64,000 nt of DNA. It comes from Bdellovibrionota bacterium (GTDB taxonomy: Bacteria; Bdellovibrionota_C; UBA2361; CALJRW01). This document shows positions 29,493-39,534 of the stretch, piece by piece. A program made the translations under genes and the position numbers. How positions within the stretch are numbered: the first letter of the stretch is position 1; the number at the start of each line of letters is the position of its first letter. The notes below the pieces were generated by a model, which was given only the letters and a program-made list of their open reading frames with translations, was not told the origin of the DNA and did not search any database. The stretch is taken from contig JBGSMD010000051.1 of the NCBI GenBank assembly GCA_041740355.1, positions 128,001 to 192,000 on the forward strand, written 5' to 3'.

Positions 29493-31142
29493 TTAGTTAT
29501 CAGAAAATTTATAGACCCATTCATATGTTTTAAAGGCACCACTCAGATTTTTAACTTTAAAATTATTTTGAGACAGGATGCGACTAGCGAAGTATGAACG
29601 TTGTCCAGACTGGCAATAAACAAATATTTCCCGATCGACTGGCAATTCCGACAAACGACTTCGCAGTTCAGGTAAGGGAATATGATAGGCATTGTTAATA
29701 ATTCCATTCTTAATCTCGCTATCATTTCTAACATCGAGCAGGAAACTATCTTTAGGTAAGGTCACTAAATCCTCAGCAAAAAACTGAGTAACCTTTCCTG
29801 TTAGAATATTTTCAGCAATCATCCCAGCGATATTCACAGGATCTTTCGCAGAGCCATACTGTGGAGAATAGCTTAATTCCAAATCAATTAAGTCAGTAAC
29901 CGTCAACTTGCCAATAATAGCGGTGGCGATAACATCAATTCGCTTTTCAACGCCAGCTTTTCCAATAGCTTGTGCACCAAGAATCTCACCCTCTGGGGAA
30001 AAAAGAACTTTCAGGTTAATAGTCGATACGCCTGGATAATATGTAACATGATTATTAGGATGCAAATGAACTTTATGAAACTGAAAACCTGATTTTATAA
30101 GGCGAGTTTCGCTAGCTCCAGTTGAAGCCAGAGTCAAATCAAAAAATCTTAAAACTGCAGTGCCCAATGTTCCTTGATATACTTTTTTTGCACCATAAAT
30201 ATTATCCGCAACAATTCTTGCTTGCCGATTAGCTGGCCCGGCCAAAGCAATGACAGCAGGTTGTTTAGTAATATAATCTTGAACCTCCAAACAGTCTCCA
30301 ATCGCCCAGATATTGGACTGACTTGTTTGTAAATACTGATTTACCTTAACCCCTTTAGTCACACCTAGCTCAAGTCCAGCATTGAGCGCTAGTTTATTCT
30401 CCGGACGAACACCAATTGCTAATATTACTAGTTCCGCTGAAATACTTTGACCACTTTTTAATTTAAGGTTTAAACAACTGGCAGTTTCTTCCAGTTCCAA
30501 AAGTGGATCGGACAATCTAACATCTATTCCCTTAGATTTAGCCTCTGTTAATATTACTGCTGACATTTCAGGATCAAAAGTTGGTAATAGTTGTGCACTT
30601 GCTTCGATTAAATGCAGTTTTAAATTTAAGTTATGGAGTTGTTCTACAATCTCAAGCCCAATGTAACCTCCCCCAACAACTGCAACTGTTTGTATTTTAT
30701 TAGTAGCAATAAACTCTTTGATCTTGATAACATCTGGTATAGTTCTTACAGTAAAAATTCCAGGCAGATTAATTCCTGGGAGAGCTGGAATAATTGGGGC
30801 AGCTCCCGTTGCTAAAATTAATTGATCATATGTTAAAATATATTCTTGGTGTAAAGTATGATTATTAATTAATAATTCCTGACGCACGGGATCAATATTC
30901 ATTGCTTCTGAATTGATTCGAATGTCTAAATTAAAGCGCTGACCAAGTGATTCTGGTGTATGTAAAATCAAATCATCGATTTGTTTAATCTCATTGCCAA
31001 CGTAGTAAGGCAAACCACAATTTCCAAATGAGATATATTCCCCTTTCTCCAGAATAATAATTTCAGATTTTTCATCAAGCCTACGAAGCCTAGCAGCAAC
31101 AGTAGCTCCACCAGCGACACCTCCAATAATTACAATTCTCAT
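29493..31142 (-). CDS. CoA-disulfide/persulfide reductase with C-terminal rhodanese domain
   Basis: GGVAGG, ISFGNCGLPY, GGGYIGLE, YSPQYGSAKDPVN, rhodanese YCQSGQRS. Confidence 0.93.
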   Translation of the reverse strand: MRIVIIGGVAGGATVAARLRRLDEKSEIIILEKGEYISFGNCGLPYYVGNEIKQIDDLILHTPESLGQRFNLDIRINSEAMNIDPVRQELLINNHTLHQEYILTYDQLILATGAAPIIPALPGINLPGIFTVRTIPDVIKIKEFIATNKIQTVAVVGGGYIGLEIVEQLHNLNLKLHLIEASAQLLPTFDPEMSAVILTEAKSKGIDVRLSDPLLELEETASCLNLKLKSGQSISAELVILAIGVRPENKLALNAGLELGVTKGVKVNQYLQTSQSNIWAIGDCLEVQDYITKQPAVIALAGPANRQARIVADNIYGAKKVYQGTLGTAVLRFFDLTLASTGASETRLIKSGFQFHKVHLHPNNHVTYYPGVSTINLKVLFSPEGEILGAQAIGKAGVEKRIDVIATAIIGKLTVTDLIDLELSYSPQYGSAKDPVNIAGMIAENILTGKVTQFFAEDLVTLPKDSFLLDVRNDSEIKNGIINNAYHIPLPELRSRLSELPVDREIFVYCQSGQRSYFASRILSQNNFKVKNLSGAFKTYEWVYKFSDN

Positions 31143-31168
31143 TTTTAGCTCATTAAATTATAAACTGT

Positions 31169-31690
31169 TTATTTTTGATTCCAAGGCATTTTTCCTAAAA
31201 CCAAAGCCATCCCACAAGTGTCAGTTACTCCACTAAAAACTAATCCCGTACCAACAAATGCTGGAATCAAATAAAATCCAACATTTACTAATTGCCCAAG
31301 CAGAACTCCAATCATCACAAAACTTCCGGCAGCTATTCTTACCTGTCTTTCCAGCGAAATTACTCCCCGTCCTTCAATGAAAGAAAAATTACTACACTGA
31401 TTACAGGCATTAATTCCCCCTGCTAATATTTTTAAATCAGAACAATTTAAATCAGTTAATAACTCGCAGGCTTTTTCAGCTCGTTTTCCACTTTGGCAGA
31501 CGATCACTATTGGTTGTTTAAGATCAATTTTCAAAGCGGAAAGCTGTTCAGGATTTAAACGATCCAAGGGGAGATTAACGGCGTTCGGCAAATGCTTACT
31601 TTTAAATTCAGCAGGTGTTCTAACATCTAATAAAACTGTGTTAGCTGGAATCTCTTGTAACTCCGCAGGTGTAATTTTTTGATTAGTCAT
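31169..31690 (-). CDS. Rhodanese + DUF2892 membrane sulfurtransferase (YgaP-like)
   Basis: DVRTPAEF, VCQSGKRA, LERQVRIAAG..GVTDTCGM..MPWN; GGAG RBS before ATG 31690. Confidence 0.92.
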   Translation of the reverse strand: MTNQKITPAELQEIPANTVLLDVRTPAEFKSKHLPNAVNLPLDRLNPEQLSALKIDLKQPIVIVCQSGKRAEKACELLTDLNCSDLKILAGGINACNQCSNFSFIEGRGVISLERQVRIAAGSFVMIGVLLGQLVNVGFYLIPAFVGTGLVFSGVTDTCGMALVLGKMPWNQK

Positions 31691-31979
31691 TTGCTTCTCC
31701 AAATTTTTTGTAAATACAGGCAATAAAACTAGGCAGATGCTCTTCTATCACTTGATAGTGAATGGATCGTCCATTTTTTTCTGCTTTTAAAAAATTACAA
31801 AGACGTAAAAGTTTTAAATGTTCGGAAGTTAAGCTTTGGCTACATTCAATCGCTTCGGCAATTTCGTTCACAGTCAGATTGGGTTGCTCTAAAAGCAAAT
31901 CCACAATCTTAAGTCGAAATGGTTGAGCCAACATTTTTAAACAGTTAGCTGCGTCTTCATATTGTTGATTAGTAAGCAT
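31683..31979 (-). CDS. ArsR/SmtB family repressor, probable persulfide sensor
   Basis: LKMLAQPFRLKIVDLL..VNEIA..SQSLTSEHL..GRSIHY; Cys in first and last helices; start placed at ATG 31979. Confidence 0.9.
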   Translation of the reverse strand: MLTNQQYEDAANCLKMLAQPFRLKIVDLLLEQPNLTVNEIAEAIECSQSLTSEHLKLLRLCNFLKAEKNGRSIHYQVIEEHLPSFIACIYKKFGEAND

Positions 31980-31985
31980 ATTGTT

Positions 31986-32027
31986 ATTATAAGCATGTTC
32001 AATCAACATATCAAGAGATATTGATAT
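31986..32027 (-). promoter_or_regulatory. Sigma70 promoter TTGATA-17-TATAAT with overlapping palindromic operator
   Basis: -35 at 32014-32009, -10 at 31991-31986; palindrome ATATCAA-N6-TTGATAT 32008-32027. Confidence 0.7.
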
Positions 32028-32088
32028 ATAATTATTCTTTAATTTATAATTGCTATTACTATCTCCCTGCAAGCGTTATAAAATTATA

Positions 32089-32385
32089 TATAGTAAACCC
32101 AAAAAAGGTTTTCTGAAAAACAGATTAACTAAGACTGTTGCTGGTTTTTATCTTTTTTTAACCTGAAGTACTTAAAGAATGTTAATTTATAGATAAACCT
32201 TTGGTTTAACTCTATTTATTAAGTTGGGTTTACTATTTGTCTGTTGGCTCCCGCTGGTCGCTTCTATAGTCATAATGTATTTAATAATTTCCTAACGGAA
32301 ATTATTTTTTGGAATGACTATAGTTATGACAAAATCACTAAACTAGCTTTTCAATATTCAGAAATTAGTTTTTATCATCACCATA
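32089..32385. mobile_element. MITE cluster D-A'-B between the ArsR operon and hemN
   Basis: TATAGTAAACCCAA..TTGGGTTTACTAT 32089-32236; CTATAGTCAT..ATGACTATAG 32264-32323; module B 32319-32385. Confidence 0.65.
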
Positions 32386-32410
32386 ATAGCTTAAACACAC
32401 TTGAAAAGAT

Positions 32411-32436
32411 ATCAATAGATGTGTATATCTATTGAT
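32411..32436. promoter_or_regulatory. Putative Rrf2 operator, copy 1 (hemN)
   Basis: ATCAATAGAT-GTGTAT-ATCTATTGAT perfect palindrome. Confidence 0.75.
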
Positions 32437-33867
32437 ATGTGCTTTGATAATGAACCTACTAAAACTTGTGCTGACTGTTCCGGCTGTGACGAGCGTCGAA
32501 CATTACACCAAATTCTAAATCATCTGGAACCTCAGGCTCCTCGCTACACTAGCTACCCTCCGGCAAACTTCTTGCAGGATGGTTTTTCCGAATCTAACTG
32601 GCATAATATTTTAACTAATGACTTAGATCTTAATAATTTAAGACAGAAGAATAAGTTCTCTCTTTATGTACATTTACCTTTTTGTGAATCACTATGCTTT
32701 TTCTGTGCCTGTAACCGAGTTATCACAAAAAATAAAGCAGTTACGGTACCCTACCTAAGTGCTTTAAGCACACAAATTAAACAGTACTCAAAATTGATCA
32801 ACGGAAGAGCTAGCTTAAACCAACTTCATTTTGGCGGCGGCACTCCTAATTATCTCTCACCAGAACAACTTAAAAATTTAATCTTAGAAATAAAAGCTAA
32901 TTTTAAGTTAGCACCAGAATTTGAATTTTCTATTGAACTAGATCCAAGAACCTGTACTGATGAACATCTAAGAACTCTCTCAGAGCTTTCTTGTTCTAGA
33001 GTAAGTCTCGGGGTTCAAGATTTTAATCCTAAAGTACAAAAAGCGGTTAATCGCATTCAAAGTTTTGAGCTGACTAAAAATTTTGTTGATAAGGTTCGAG
33101 AAACTAAAATCCCTTCGATTGGATTTGATTTAATTTATGGATTGCCCGAACAAACAAGAGAAACGTTTGCGGAAACCATGAAGCAAGTATTAGAGATAAA
33201 ACCAAATCGAGTTGCTGTATATGGCTACGCTCACGTACCGGGGCAAGCTCAAGCGCAAAAAAAATTAGCTATTCTTGATTTACCTGAAAACCACGAACGA
33301 TTAGACCTATTTCTTGATGCTGTTCATTTCTTTTCAGATCATGGTTACAAGTATTTAGGCCTCGATCATTTTGTACTTGAAAACGATCCGCTTTGGAATG
33401 CTTATCAGAAGAATACAATTACCCGCAGTTTTATGGGCTACAATGATGGCCTAGACGTTCCAGTTATTGGTTTAGGGGCAAGTGCCATTTCCATCTTTCC
33501 TTCGGCGCTGGTGCAAAATATCAAGGACGTTACGCTATATGAAGAAGCAGTCAGTAATGGCCAGATGGCAATTAATAAAGGAATTATTCTAAATGAAACA
33601 GACCTAGTTGTCAGGAGTTTAATCCGTGATTTATTAAGCATGGGTCAGGTTAAACTGGAAAAATATCGGCACTCACTTTCTACAGAAATCTTGATTGATG
33701 CTAACCTTGATATAATCAAGAATTTTCAGAAACTAGGTTTAATTGAACTAGAAAAAGCCGGATTTAAATTAACATTCTATGGACAGATTTTTGCAAGGGC
33801 GATTGCTAAGACTTTTGATTATCGAACTGTCGCAAATCCACCTACAGTTTCAACGGCTTTAATTTAA
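32437..33867 (+). CDS. hemN: Oxygen-independent coproporphyrinogen III oxidase
   Basis: PRYTSYPPA, SLYVHLPFCESLCFFCAC, HFGGGTP, RVSLGVQDF, DLIYGLP, GLDHF. Confidence 0.95.
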   Translation: MCFDNEPTKTCADCSGCDERRTLHQILNHLEPQAPRYTSYPPANFLQDGFSESNWHNILTNDLDLNNLRQKNKFSLYVHLPFCESLCFFCACNRVITKNKAVTVPYLSALSTQIKQYSKLINGRASLNQLHFGGGTPNYLSPEQLKNLILEIKANFKLAPEFEFSIELDPRTCTDEHLRTLSELSCSRVSLGVQDFNPKVQKAVNRIQSFELTKNFVDKVRETKIPSIGFDLIYGLPEQTRETFAETMKQVLEIKPNRVAVYGYAHVPGQAQAQKKLAILDLPENHERLDLFLDAVHFFSDHGYKYLGLDHFVLENDPLWNAYQKNTITRSFMGYNDGLDVPVIGLGASAISIFPSALVQNIKDVTLYEEAVSNGQMAINKGIILNETDLVVRSLIRDLLSMGQVKLEKYRHSLSTEILIDANLDIIKNFQKLGLIELEKAGFKLTFYGQIFARAIAKTFDYRTVANPPTVSTALI

Positions 33868-35237
33868 CCTGGCCCTAATAAAGTTACTTCGAGTCGTTTT
33901 TTGAGGCCTTTGGTATTTGTAATTTCGACTAGGGCATTCTTTTTTCCTTTAATTAAAAGTTTCTCTGGAAAACTAATAAACAAAGGTACGTTTTGAAAAC
34001 TTTCACTTGGAACGGGAAAAGGATTAATCGGAACGACTAAGTTAGCTTCCTTCGGTTCCAGTAAAGTAATTTTAAAATCTAATACTTCGCGAGTCTTATT
34101 TTCAAGGTGTACTTCCAATTGATTTCTTAAAATTCCTGGAGAGCTTTGCTGGTAGAGTTCCTGAGTTTTAGCATGAAAAATAGATGCTTCACTAAAAGTA
34201 CGATTAGTTAGTTGATATAAAAAAGTTGATCCCAGAAGTAATAGTACGCAGGCATAAAGATAAGTCCGAGGACGCAAAAAATTAACCACGTCAGTTTTCA
34301 AACTTTCCTCAGTCGCATATTTTATTAATCCAAGTGGCCGTTCTAATTTTGCCATCACAGAATTACAAGCATCAATACAAGAAGCACAATGAATACACTC
34401 TAATTGCAAGCCATTACGAATATCAATTCCTGTTGGACAGACTCGAACACACATCCCACAATCAATACAATCACCTGTTACCTGACCAGCTTTTCCCCTT
34501 GGTTCTCCACGCTTAGAATTATAACCTACTATTAGCGAGTGTTCATCTAATAGTACTGATTGAAAACGTGCATAAGGACAAAGAACAGTACAAAACTGCT
34601 CTCGAAACCAACCAAATTCAAATAACACCACTCCCATCATAAAAATTGAGGCGATAAATACCGAAAGATTATTACTTGGTGCCTCCGTCATCATCTGGAG
34701 AAGTGGCTCTCTGCCAATAAAATATGCTAGGAATGTATTTGCTAAGAACCAAGAGATTGCGACATAGACTAAATATTTAATTATTTTCCTGGAGATTTTA
34801 TTTTTATTCCACGGTCCACGGTCTAGTTTTTGACGGGCTGCATGACTTCCTTCAATTAAGCGTTCGATAGGACGAAATAAAAACTCCAAGAATACAGTTT
34901 GCGGACAAGCCCAACCACACCAAACTCGTCCAAATAATGAGGTGAAAAAGAAAAGACTAATTCCGAGGGATGCCAGAACCAAAAATAAAAATTTTGTATC
35001 TGTCGCCCAGAACGTATTTCCAAAAAAAGTGAAACGGCGATGAACAATGTCTAAATGAACAGCTTGCAGACCGTCAACAGAAATCCAAGGCAGGCTGCAA
35101 TAAATTAAAAGCAAAGCAAAGGCTACTAAATTTCTGCTTTTTCTAAAAAAACCTGGAACAATCTGGGGATAAACCCAGTTACGATCTCCTTTTGAATTTA
35201 TAGTATATAAAGTTTCTCGGTAATCCTGCTTACTCAT
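33864..35237 (-). CDS. ccoG: cbb3 oxidase accessory ferredoxin-like protein
   Basis: GRVWCGWACPQTVF, REQFCTVLCPYARFQ, DCIDCGMCVRVCPTGIDIRNGLQLECIHCASCIDAC. Confidence 0.97.
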   Translation of the reverse strand: MSKQDYRETLYTINSKGDRNWVYPQIVPGFFRKSRNLVAFALLLIYCSLPWISVDGLQAVHLDIVHRRFTFFGNTFWATDTKFLFLVLASLGISLFFFTSLFGRVWCGWACPQTVFLEFLFRPIERLIEGSHAARQKLDRGPWNKNKISRKIIKYLVYVAISWFLANTFLAYFIGREPLLQMMTEAPSNNLSVFIASIFMMGVVLFEFGWFREQFCTVLCPYARFQSVLLDEHSLIVGYNSKRGEPRGKAGQVTGDCIDCGMCVRVCPTGIDIRNGLQLECIHCASCIDACNSVMAKLERPLGLIKYATEESLKTDVVNFLRPRTYLYACVLLLLGSTFLYQLTNRTFSEASIFHAKTQELYQQSSPGILRNQLEVHLENKTREVLDFKITLLEPKEANLVVPINPFPVPSESFQNVPLFISFPEKLLIKGKKNALVEITNTKGLKKRLEVTLLGPG

Positions 35238-35808
35238 TGATAAATTTTTCTCCTTCGGGAGCTTTTGGATTTGTTGGATTCGTCCCTACGATTGAACGGA
35301 TATAAAGAGAAACATTAGTAATTTCATCATCAGTAATTAAACCTTTCCAACTTAACATCCCCTTATCAAGAACGCCGACTTCAATAACATTACGAATATC
35401 TGTTATATTTCCACCATGTATCCAATGATCATCTGTTAAATTTGGTCCAACAACCCCTTCTCCATTTGCACCATGACAAGGGCTACACTTAGCAATGAAT
35501 ACTTCCTTACCAAAATTGATTTTTGCTTGATCAGAAAGCATGGCTATTAATGTATTTTCATCTAATTGAACCTTTTCAACTTGCTTTGGTTTCATCTCCT
35601 CAATCTGAGCTAAAGAATCTGCTAGTCTTTTCTCTGAACTTGGAATGACTCCAATTAAAAAAAGACCATAGTAAACAAAAGCGAATACGATGGTAAGATA
35701 TAGTAAGTATACCCACCAACGAGGCAAGTCATTGTCATACTCTTGAATACCATCGTAATTACTACTTAATAAATCATCTTGTTTTTTCTGTTCTTTCTGT
35801 TCTTTCAT
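35230..35808 (-). CDS. ccoP: cbb3 oxidase subunit III (monohaem)
   Basis: YDGIQEYDNDLPRWW; single CSPCH; GPNLTDDHW. Confidence 0.95.
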   Translation of the reverse strand: MKEQKEQKKQDDLLSSNYDGIQEYDNDLPRWWVYLLYLTIVFAFVYYGLFLIGVIPSSEKRLADSLAQIEEMKPKQVEKVQLDENTLIAMLSDQAKINFGKEVFIAKCSPCHGANGEGVVGPNLTDDHWIHGGNITDIRNVIEVGVLDKGMLSWKGLITDDEITNVSLYIRSIVGTNPTNPKAPEGEKFINE

Positions 35809-35813
35809 TGTTA

Positions 35814-35969
35814 TTAATCCTCCAATGGTAATCTAGCAGAAGCTTCTTGGCTCTTACGGCGACTTGGAAGGTAAACCCAAATTACAAGCGCCATAAAGCA
35901 AACACAAAAAATTACGGCGGAAATTTCTGACCAAAAGGATGGATCAAATTTCATAATTAATTGTCTCAT
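35814..35969 (-). CDS. ccoQ: cbb3 oxidase subunit IV, 51 aa; missing from the ORF track
   Basis: [51 protein letters not shown]; ATGA overlap with the ccoNO stop; one TM plus LPLED. Confidence 0.88.
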   Translation of the reverse strand: MRQLIMKFDPSFWSEISAVIFCVCFMALVIWVYLPSRRKSQEASARLPLED

Positions 35970-38128
35970 TTTAGCTCCTTACTTTTTTTATAATCAGCGC
36001 CAAGTCTTTGCATGTAAGCAATCATGGCAATGATCTCCTTACGAGCTAAGTTCTTATTCTCTGGTACTCCTTGCTTAAATAACTCTTGAGTAATTTCTTC
36101 TGCTTGCTTTGCCCGATTTTCGTCCGCATTAAAGATTTCATCTTCGCTGTAAGGTGTTCCAAGCTTACTTAAAACTTGCATTTTTTTCCTAGTTTGTGTC
36201 GTATTAAGGCTATCCTTATATAACCATGGATAGGCTGGCATAATCGAACCAGGAGAAGTTGATCTAGGATCCATCATGTGACGAAAGTGCCAAAGGTGTG
36301 GATACTTACCACCCACTCTTTGTAAGTCCGGTCCCGTTCTTTTTGAACCAAACTGGAATGGATGGTCATAAATAGTTTCACCGGCCTTAGTACTATCACC
36401 ATAACGAAGAATCTCTTCCGGAAGCGTTCTGATCATTTGAGAATGACAGTTATAACAGCCCTCTCTGACATAGATATCGCGCCCTTCTAATTCTAATGGA
36501 GTGTATGGCTTCACAGTTGGAATCGCCACAACATTACTTTGAACCGCAATCATCGGAACAATTTCCAAAATACTTCCAACAAGAATGGAAACTAATGCTA
36601 GTACACTAAATAGAGCAGCTTTTCCTTCAAGCTTGTAATGCCAACCACGATTCGCTAAATTTTCTTCCTTAGCTAGCTTATAACTAACAGGAACTTGAAC
36701 TGGCACATCACTTAAATCTAACTTTTCAGCTCGAGCACTGGCAATTGTTTTCCAAACATTGAAAATCATAATTACCAGACCGGCGACGTACATTAATCCA
36801 CCAATAAATCTAATCCAGTAAAAAGGCACTAAGCGCAGCACTGTCTCTAGGAAATCAGGATATTGTAAAGTTCCGTCAACTTTTAATTCTCTCCACATTA
36901 ATCCTTGAGTCACCCCTGCCGTCCACATCGATGTGATGTAAAGAACAATTCCCACAGTAGCAATCCAAAAGTGGATTACCATTAATTTTTTACTCCAGAT
37001 TTCTTTCTTCCAAAGAAGTGGAAGCAGATAATAAATCATCCCAAAAGTAATAAATCCATTCCAGCCGAGCGCCCCGCTATGAACGTGCGCGATAGTCCAG
37101 TCAGTATAATGGGAAAGGGCATTGACGGAACGAATCGACATCATCGGCCCTTCAAATGTTGACATCCCATAGAAGGTAATTCCGGCAATCATAAATTTTA
37201 AGATCGCATCAGTCCTAACTTTATCCCAAGCACCACGGAGAGTTAATAATCCGTTAATCATCCCACCCCAAGAAGGAGCTAATAACATAATCGAGAAAAC
37301 CACTCCCATTGCTTGAGCCCAGTCAGGCAAGGAGGTATTTAATAAATGGTGTGGTCCAGCCCAGATATATAGAAAAACTAAGGACCAGAAGTGAACGATC
37401 GAAAGACGATAGGAATAGATTGGACGCTCACAAATCTTAGGTACGAAATAATACATTAAACCAAGAAATGGAGTTGTTAGAAAAAATGCTACGGCATTAT
37501 GTCCGTACCACCACTGAATTAAAGCATCCTGAACTCCAGAGAATGCCGTGTAACTCTTAAGTAGCGAAACTGGTAAGCCTAGTGAATTAAAAAGATGGAG
37601 CACAGCAACGGTGATAACAGTAGCGATATAGAACCAAATCGCTACATAAATATGCTTTTCACGGCGACGGGCGATAGTCCCAAACAAGTTTAATCCAAAG
37701 ATAACCCAAATAGCTGTAATCAAAAGATCTATTGGCCACTCAAGTTCAGCGTATTCTTTAGAAACTGAAATACCAAGTGGCAGTGTAATAGCAGCCAAGA
37801 CGATAACTAATTGCCATCCCCAAAAGTGGGTTTTACTTAGCAAGTCACTAAACATCCTTGCTTTCAGTAGCCTTTGTGTTGAGAAGTAAATTCCAGCAAA
37901 AATTGCATTGCCAGCAAAGGCAAAAATTACAGCGTTGGTGTGAAGAGGACGAAGTCGTCCAAAAGTGAACCAAGGTAAGCCTGTATTTGCTGGCCACCAA
38001 GCAAGCTGCAAGGCGATAACTAATCCAACAAGCATTCCAATTAAGCCCCAAAGTAAGGTAGCAATTACGAATTTTCTGACAATTGCATCATCATAAGAGA
38101 TGATTTCAGTAGAATTTTTCTGTTCCAT
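35966..38128 (-). CDS. ccoNO: Fused cbb3 cytochrome c oxidase subunits I/II
   Basis: [38 protein letters not shown], then [21 protein letters not shown]. Confidence 0.98.
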   Translation of the reverse strand: MEQKNSTEIISYDDAIVRKFVIATLLWGLIGMLVGLVIALQLAWWPANTGLPWFTFGRLRPLHTNAVIFAFAGNAIFAGIYFSTQRLLKARMFSDLLSKTHFWGWQLVIVLAAITLPLGISVSKEYAELEWPIDLLITAIWVIFGLNLFGTIARRREKHIYVAIWFYIATVITVAVLHLFNSLGLPVSLLKSYTAFSGVQDALIQWWYGHNAVAFFLTTPFLGLMYYFVPKICERPIYSYRLSIVHFWSLVFLYIWAGPHHLLNTSLPDWAQAMGVVFSIMLLAPSWGGMINGLLTLRGAWDKVRTDAILKFMIAGITFYGMSTFEGPMMSIRSVNALSHYTDWTIAHVHSGALGWNGFITFGMIYYLLPLLWKKEIWSKKLMVIHFWIATVGIVLYITSMWTAGVTQGLMWRELKVDGTLQYPDFLETVLRLVPFYWIRFIGGLMYVAGLVIMIFNVWKTIASARAEKLDLSDVPVQVPVSYKLAKEENLANRGWHYKLEGKAALFSVLALVSILVGSILEIVPMIAVQSNVVAIPTVKPYTPLELEGRDIYVREGCYNCHSQMIRTLPEEILRYGDSTKAGETIYDHPFQFGSKRTGPDLQRVGGKYPHLWHFRHMMDPRSTSPGSIMPAYPWLYKDSLNTTQTRKKMQVLSKLGTPYSEDEIFNADENRAKQAEEITQELFKQGVPENKNLARKEIIAMIAYMQRLGADYKKSKELK

Positions 38129-38160
38129 AGTTTTTTTGATAGAGTTCTATTAGTGCTAAT

Positions 38161-38186
38161 CTTAATAGATACATTTGTCTATAGAT
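38161..38186. promoter_or_regulatory. Putative Rrf2 operator, copy 2 (ccoNO / rrf2 divergent region)
   Basis: CTTAATAGAT-ACATTT-GTCTATAGAT. Confidence 0.7.
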
Positions 38187-38339
38187 TTATCAATTCTACA
38201 AAAAATATGCAATCCCGTAAGCTAATCAAAAACTTGAAATTTAGATAAATTTTGCCGATGATTTCTTGGTCTGCAAGTAGAGGTATTTTCGATAAAATCG
38301 AACGTGTACAGAGAAGATTTTTTATTCTAATATATCTAA

Positions 38340-38783
38340 ATGATTATTTCCCAAACTGCTGAATACGCCCTAAGAGCTGCTGCTTGTATTGCTGTTCATG
38401 GTGACTCTGGACCAGTAAGGGCCAAAGATTTAAGTATCGAAGCTACAATCCCTCAGACCTATCTATCCAAAATCCTTAGAAAACTTGTCGAGGCAGAACT
38501 TCTAATTGCAACCAAAGGACATAATGGTGGTTTTACTTTAGCCAGGAATGCAAAAAAAATATGGATTATCGATATCCTTAATGCCGTTGAACCACAAATG
38601 ACACCAAGACAATGTATTTTTGGGTGGCGCGCTTGTAATAGCAAGAAACCTTGCCTACTTCATCATCGATGGGCTGAAGTTAGAAATTCTTTTGACCACT
38701 GGATTAAATCAACTTCTTTAGAAGATATTAAACTTGATGCCAAGAAAGTATCTTGGCTGACAAACTTCCAAAAACCAGAATAA
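38340..38783 (+). CDS. Rrf2 family transcriptional regulator with three-Cys Fe-S motif
   Basis: SQTAEYALRA, YLSKIL, KGHNGGF, CIFGWRACNSKKPCLLH. Confidence 0.95.
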   Translation: MIISQTAEYALRAAACIAVHGDSGPVRAKDLSIEATIPQTYLSKILRKLVEAELLIATKGHNGGFTLARNAKKIWIIDILNAVEPQMTPRQCIFGWRACNSKKPCLLHHRWAEVRNSFDHWIKSTSLEDIKLDAKKVSWLTNFQKPE

Positions 38784-38804
38784 TATTAGTAAATAGCAGT
38801 TAAT

Positions 38805-39482
38805 TTATTTTGTTTGATGATGAGGACAACTTCCACCAGCTTTCTGACTCTGAATATGCATAGTTAAGGAATACGCTCCGGCAGTAATCATTAATATCGC
38901 CATTATACTTGGGGCATATTGTTTCAAAGGACTTGTTAGTAATCGAGATACTCCTACAAGAGAGATCAAAACAGGGAGAGTCCCTAACCAAAAAAAGAAC
39001 ATTGTTAGTAATCCGCCGACAAGTGTTCCCGTTCCGGCGGCAACAGTTAAATAAGTATAAAGCCAAGCACAAGGAAGAAATGAAGAAAAAAATCCCAGGC
39101 AAAGTGCAAAAATTATTTGGTAAGATCTAAATTTTAAAACTTTCTTTTGAAGAGGCGCAATTAAACGGTAAGGAATTAATTTTATAGTTTTTATGCGCAA
39201 ACTAGAAAACATCAGTAATCCAGTAATAATCAATAAGGCACTTGTTAAGTATGTAGCTATTTGATGAATTCCATAGGCCTCACCTAGATTATTAATCATT
39301 TTCCCAATAAAAATGGCCAAACTACCGAGAAACAAGTAGGCTAACAATCTTCCCAAATGATAAAAAATCTGGCTTTTGATTGGGGAGGATTGCTGAGCGC
39401 AATTTAAAGCGAAGCCTCCACACATCCCGGCACAATGAAGACTTCCTAAAAAACTAGCAAAGAGGACTAAAATAAATGACAT
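38805..39482 (-). CDS. DsbD_2/TauE-like membrane protein (cbb3 maturation-associated)
   Basis: GSLHCAGMCGG, YHLGR, FLPCAWLY, FWLGTLP. Confidence 0.9.
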   Translation of the reverse strand: MSFILVLFASFLGSLHCAGMCGGFALNCAQQSSPIKSQIFYHLGRLLAYLFLGSLAIFIGKMINNLGEAYGIHQIATYLTSALLIITGLLMFSSLRIKTIKLIPYRLIAPLQKKVLKFRSYQIIFALCLGFFSSFLPCAWLYTYLTVAAGTGTLVGGLLTMFFFWLGTLPVLISLVGVSRLLTSPLKQYAPSIMAILMITAGAYSLTMHIQSQKAGGSCPHHQTK

Positions 39483-39487
39483 GAAAT

Positions 39488-39513
39488 CTCAATAGACAAT
39501 CTTATCAATTAAT
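39488..39513. promoter_or_regulatory. Putative Rrf2 operator, copy 3 (DsbD_2 / ccoI divergent region)
   Basis: CTCAATAGAC-AATCTT-ATCAATTAAT. Confidence 0.6.
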
Positions 39514-39534
39514 ATACACTAAGGGTATTAAGAA

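Noticed and set aside
32244-32435. 63-aa ORF upstream of hemN
   Set aside because: Reads through MITE modules A'/B and the operator; no coding features
32411-32436. Operator as an FNR box
   Set aside because: Half-sites are in the opposite order (ATCAA..TTGAT) with 16-bp spacing, not TTGAT-N4-ATCAA
35966-38128. ccoN-ccoO fusion and monohaem CcoP as novelty
   Set aside because: Already known from Bacteroidota and several other lineages
38235-38261. Sigma28 promoter for rrf2 (TGAA-N15-GCCGATGA)
   Set aside because: Weak -35 match in AT-rich DNA; could be chance
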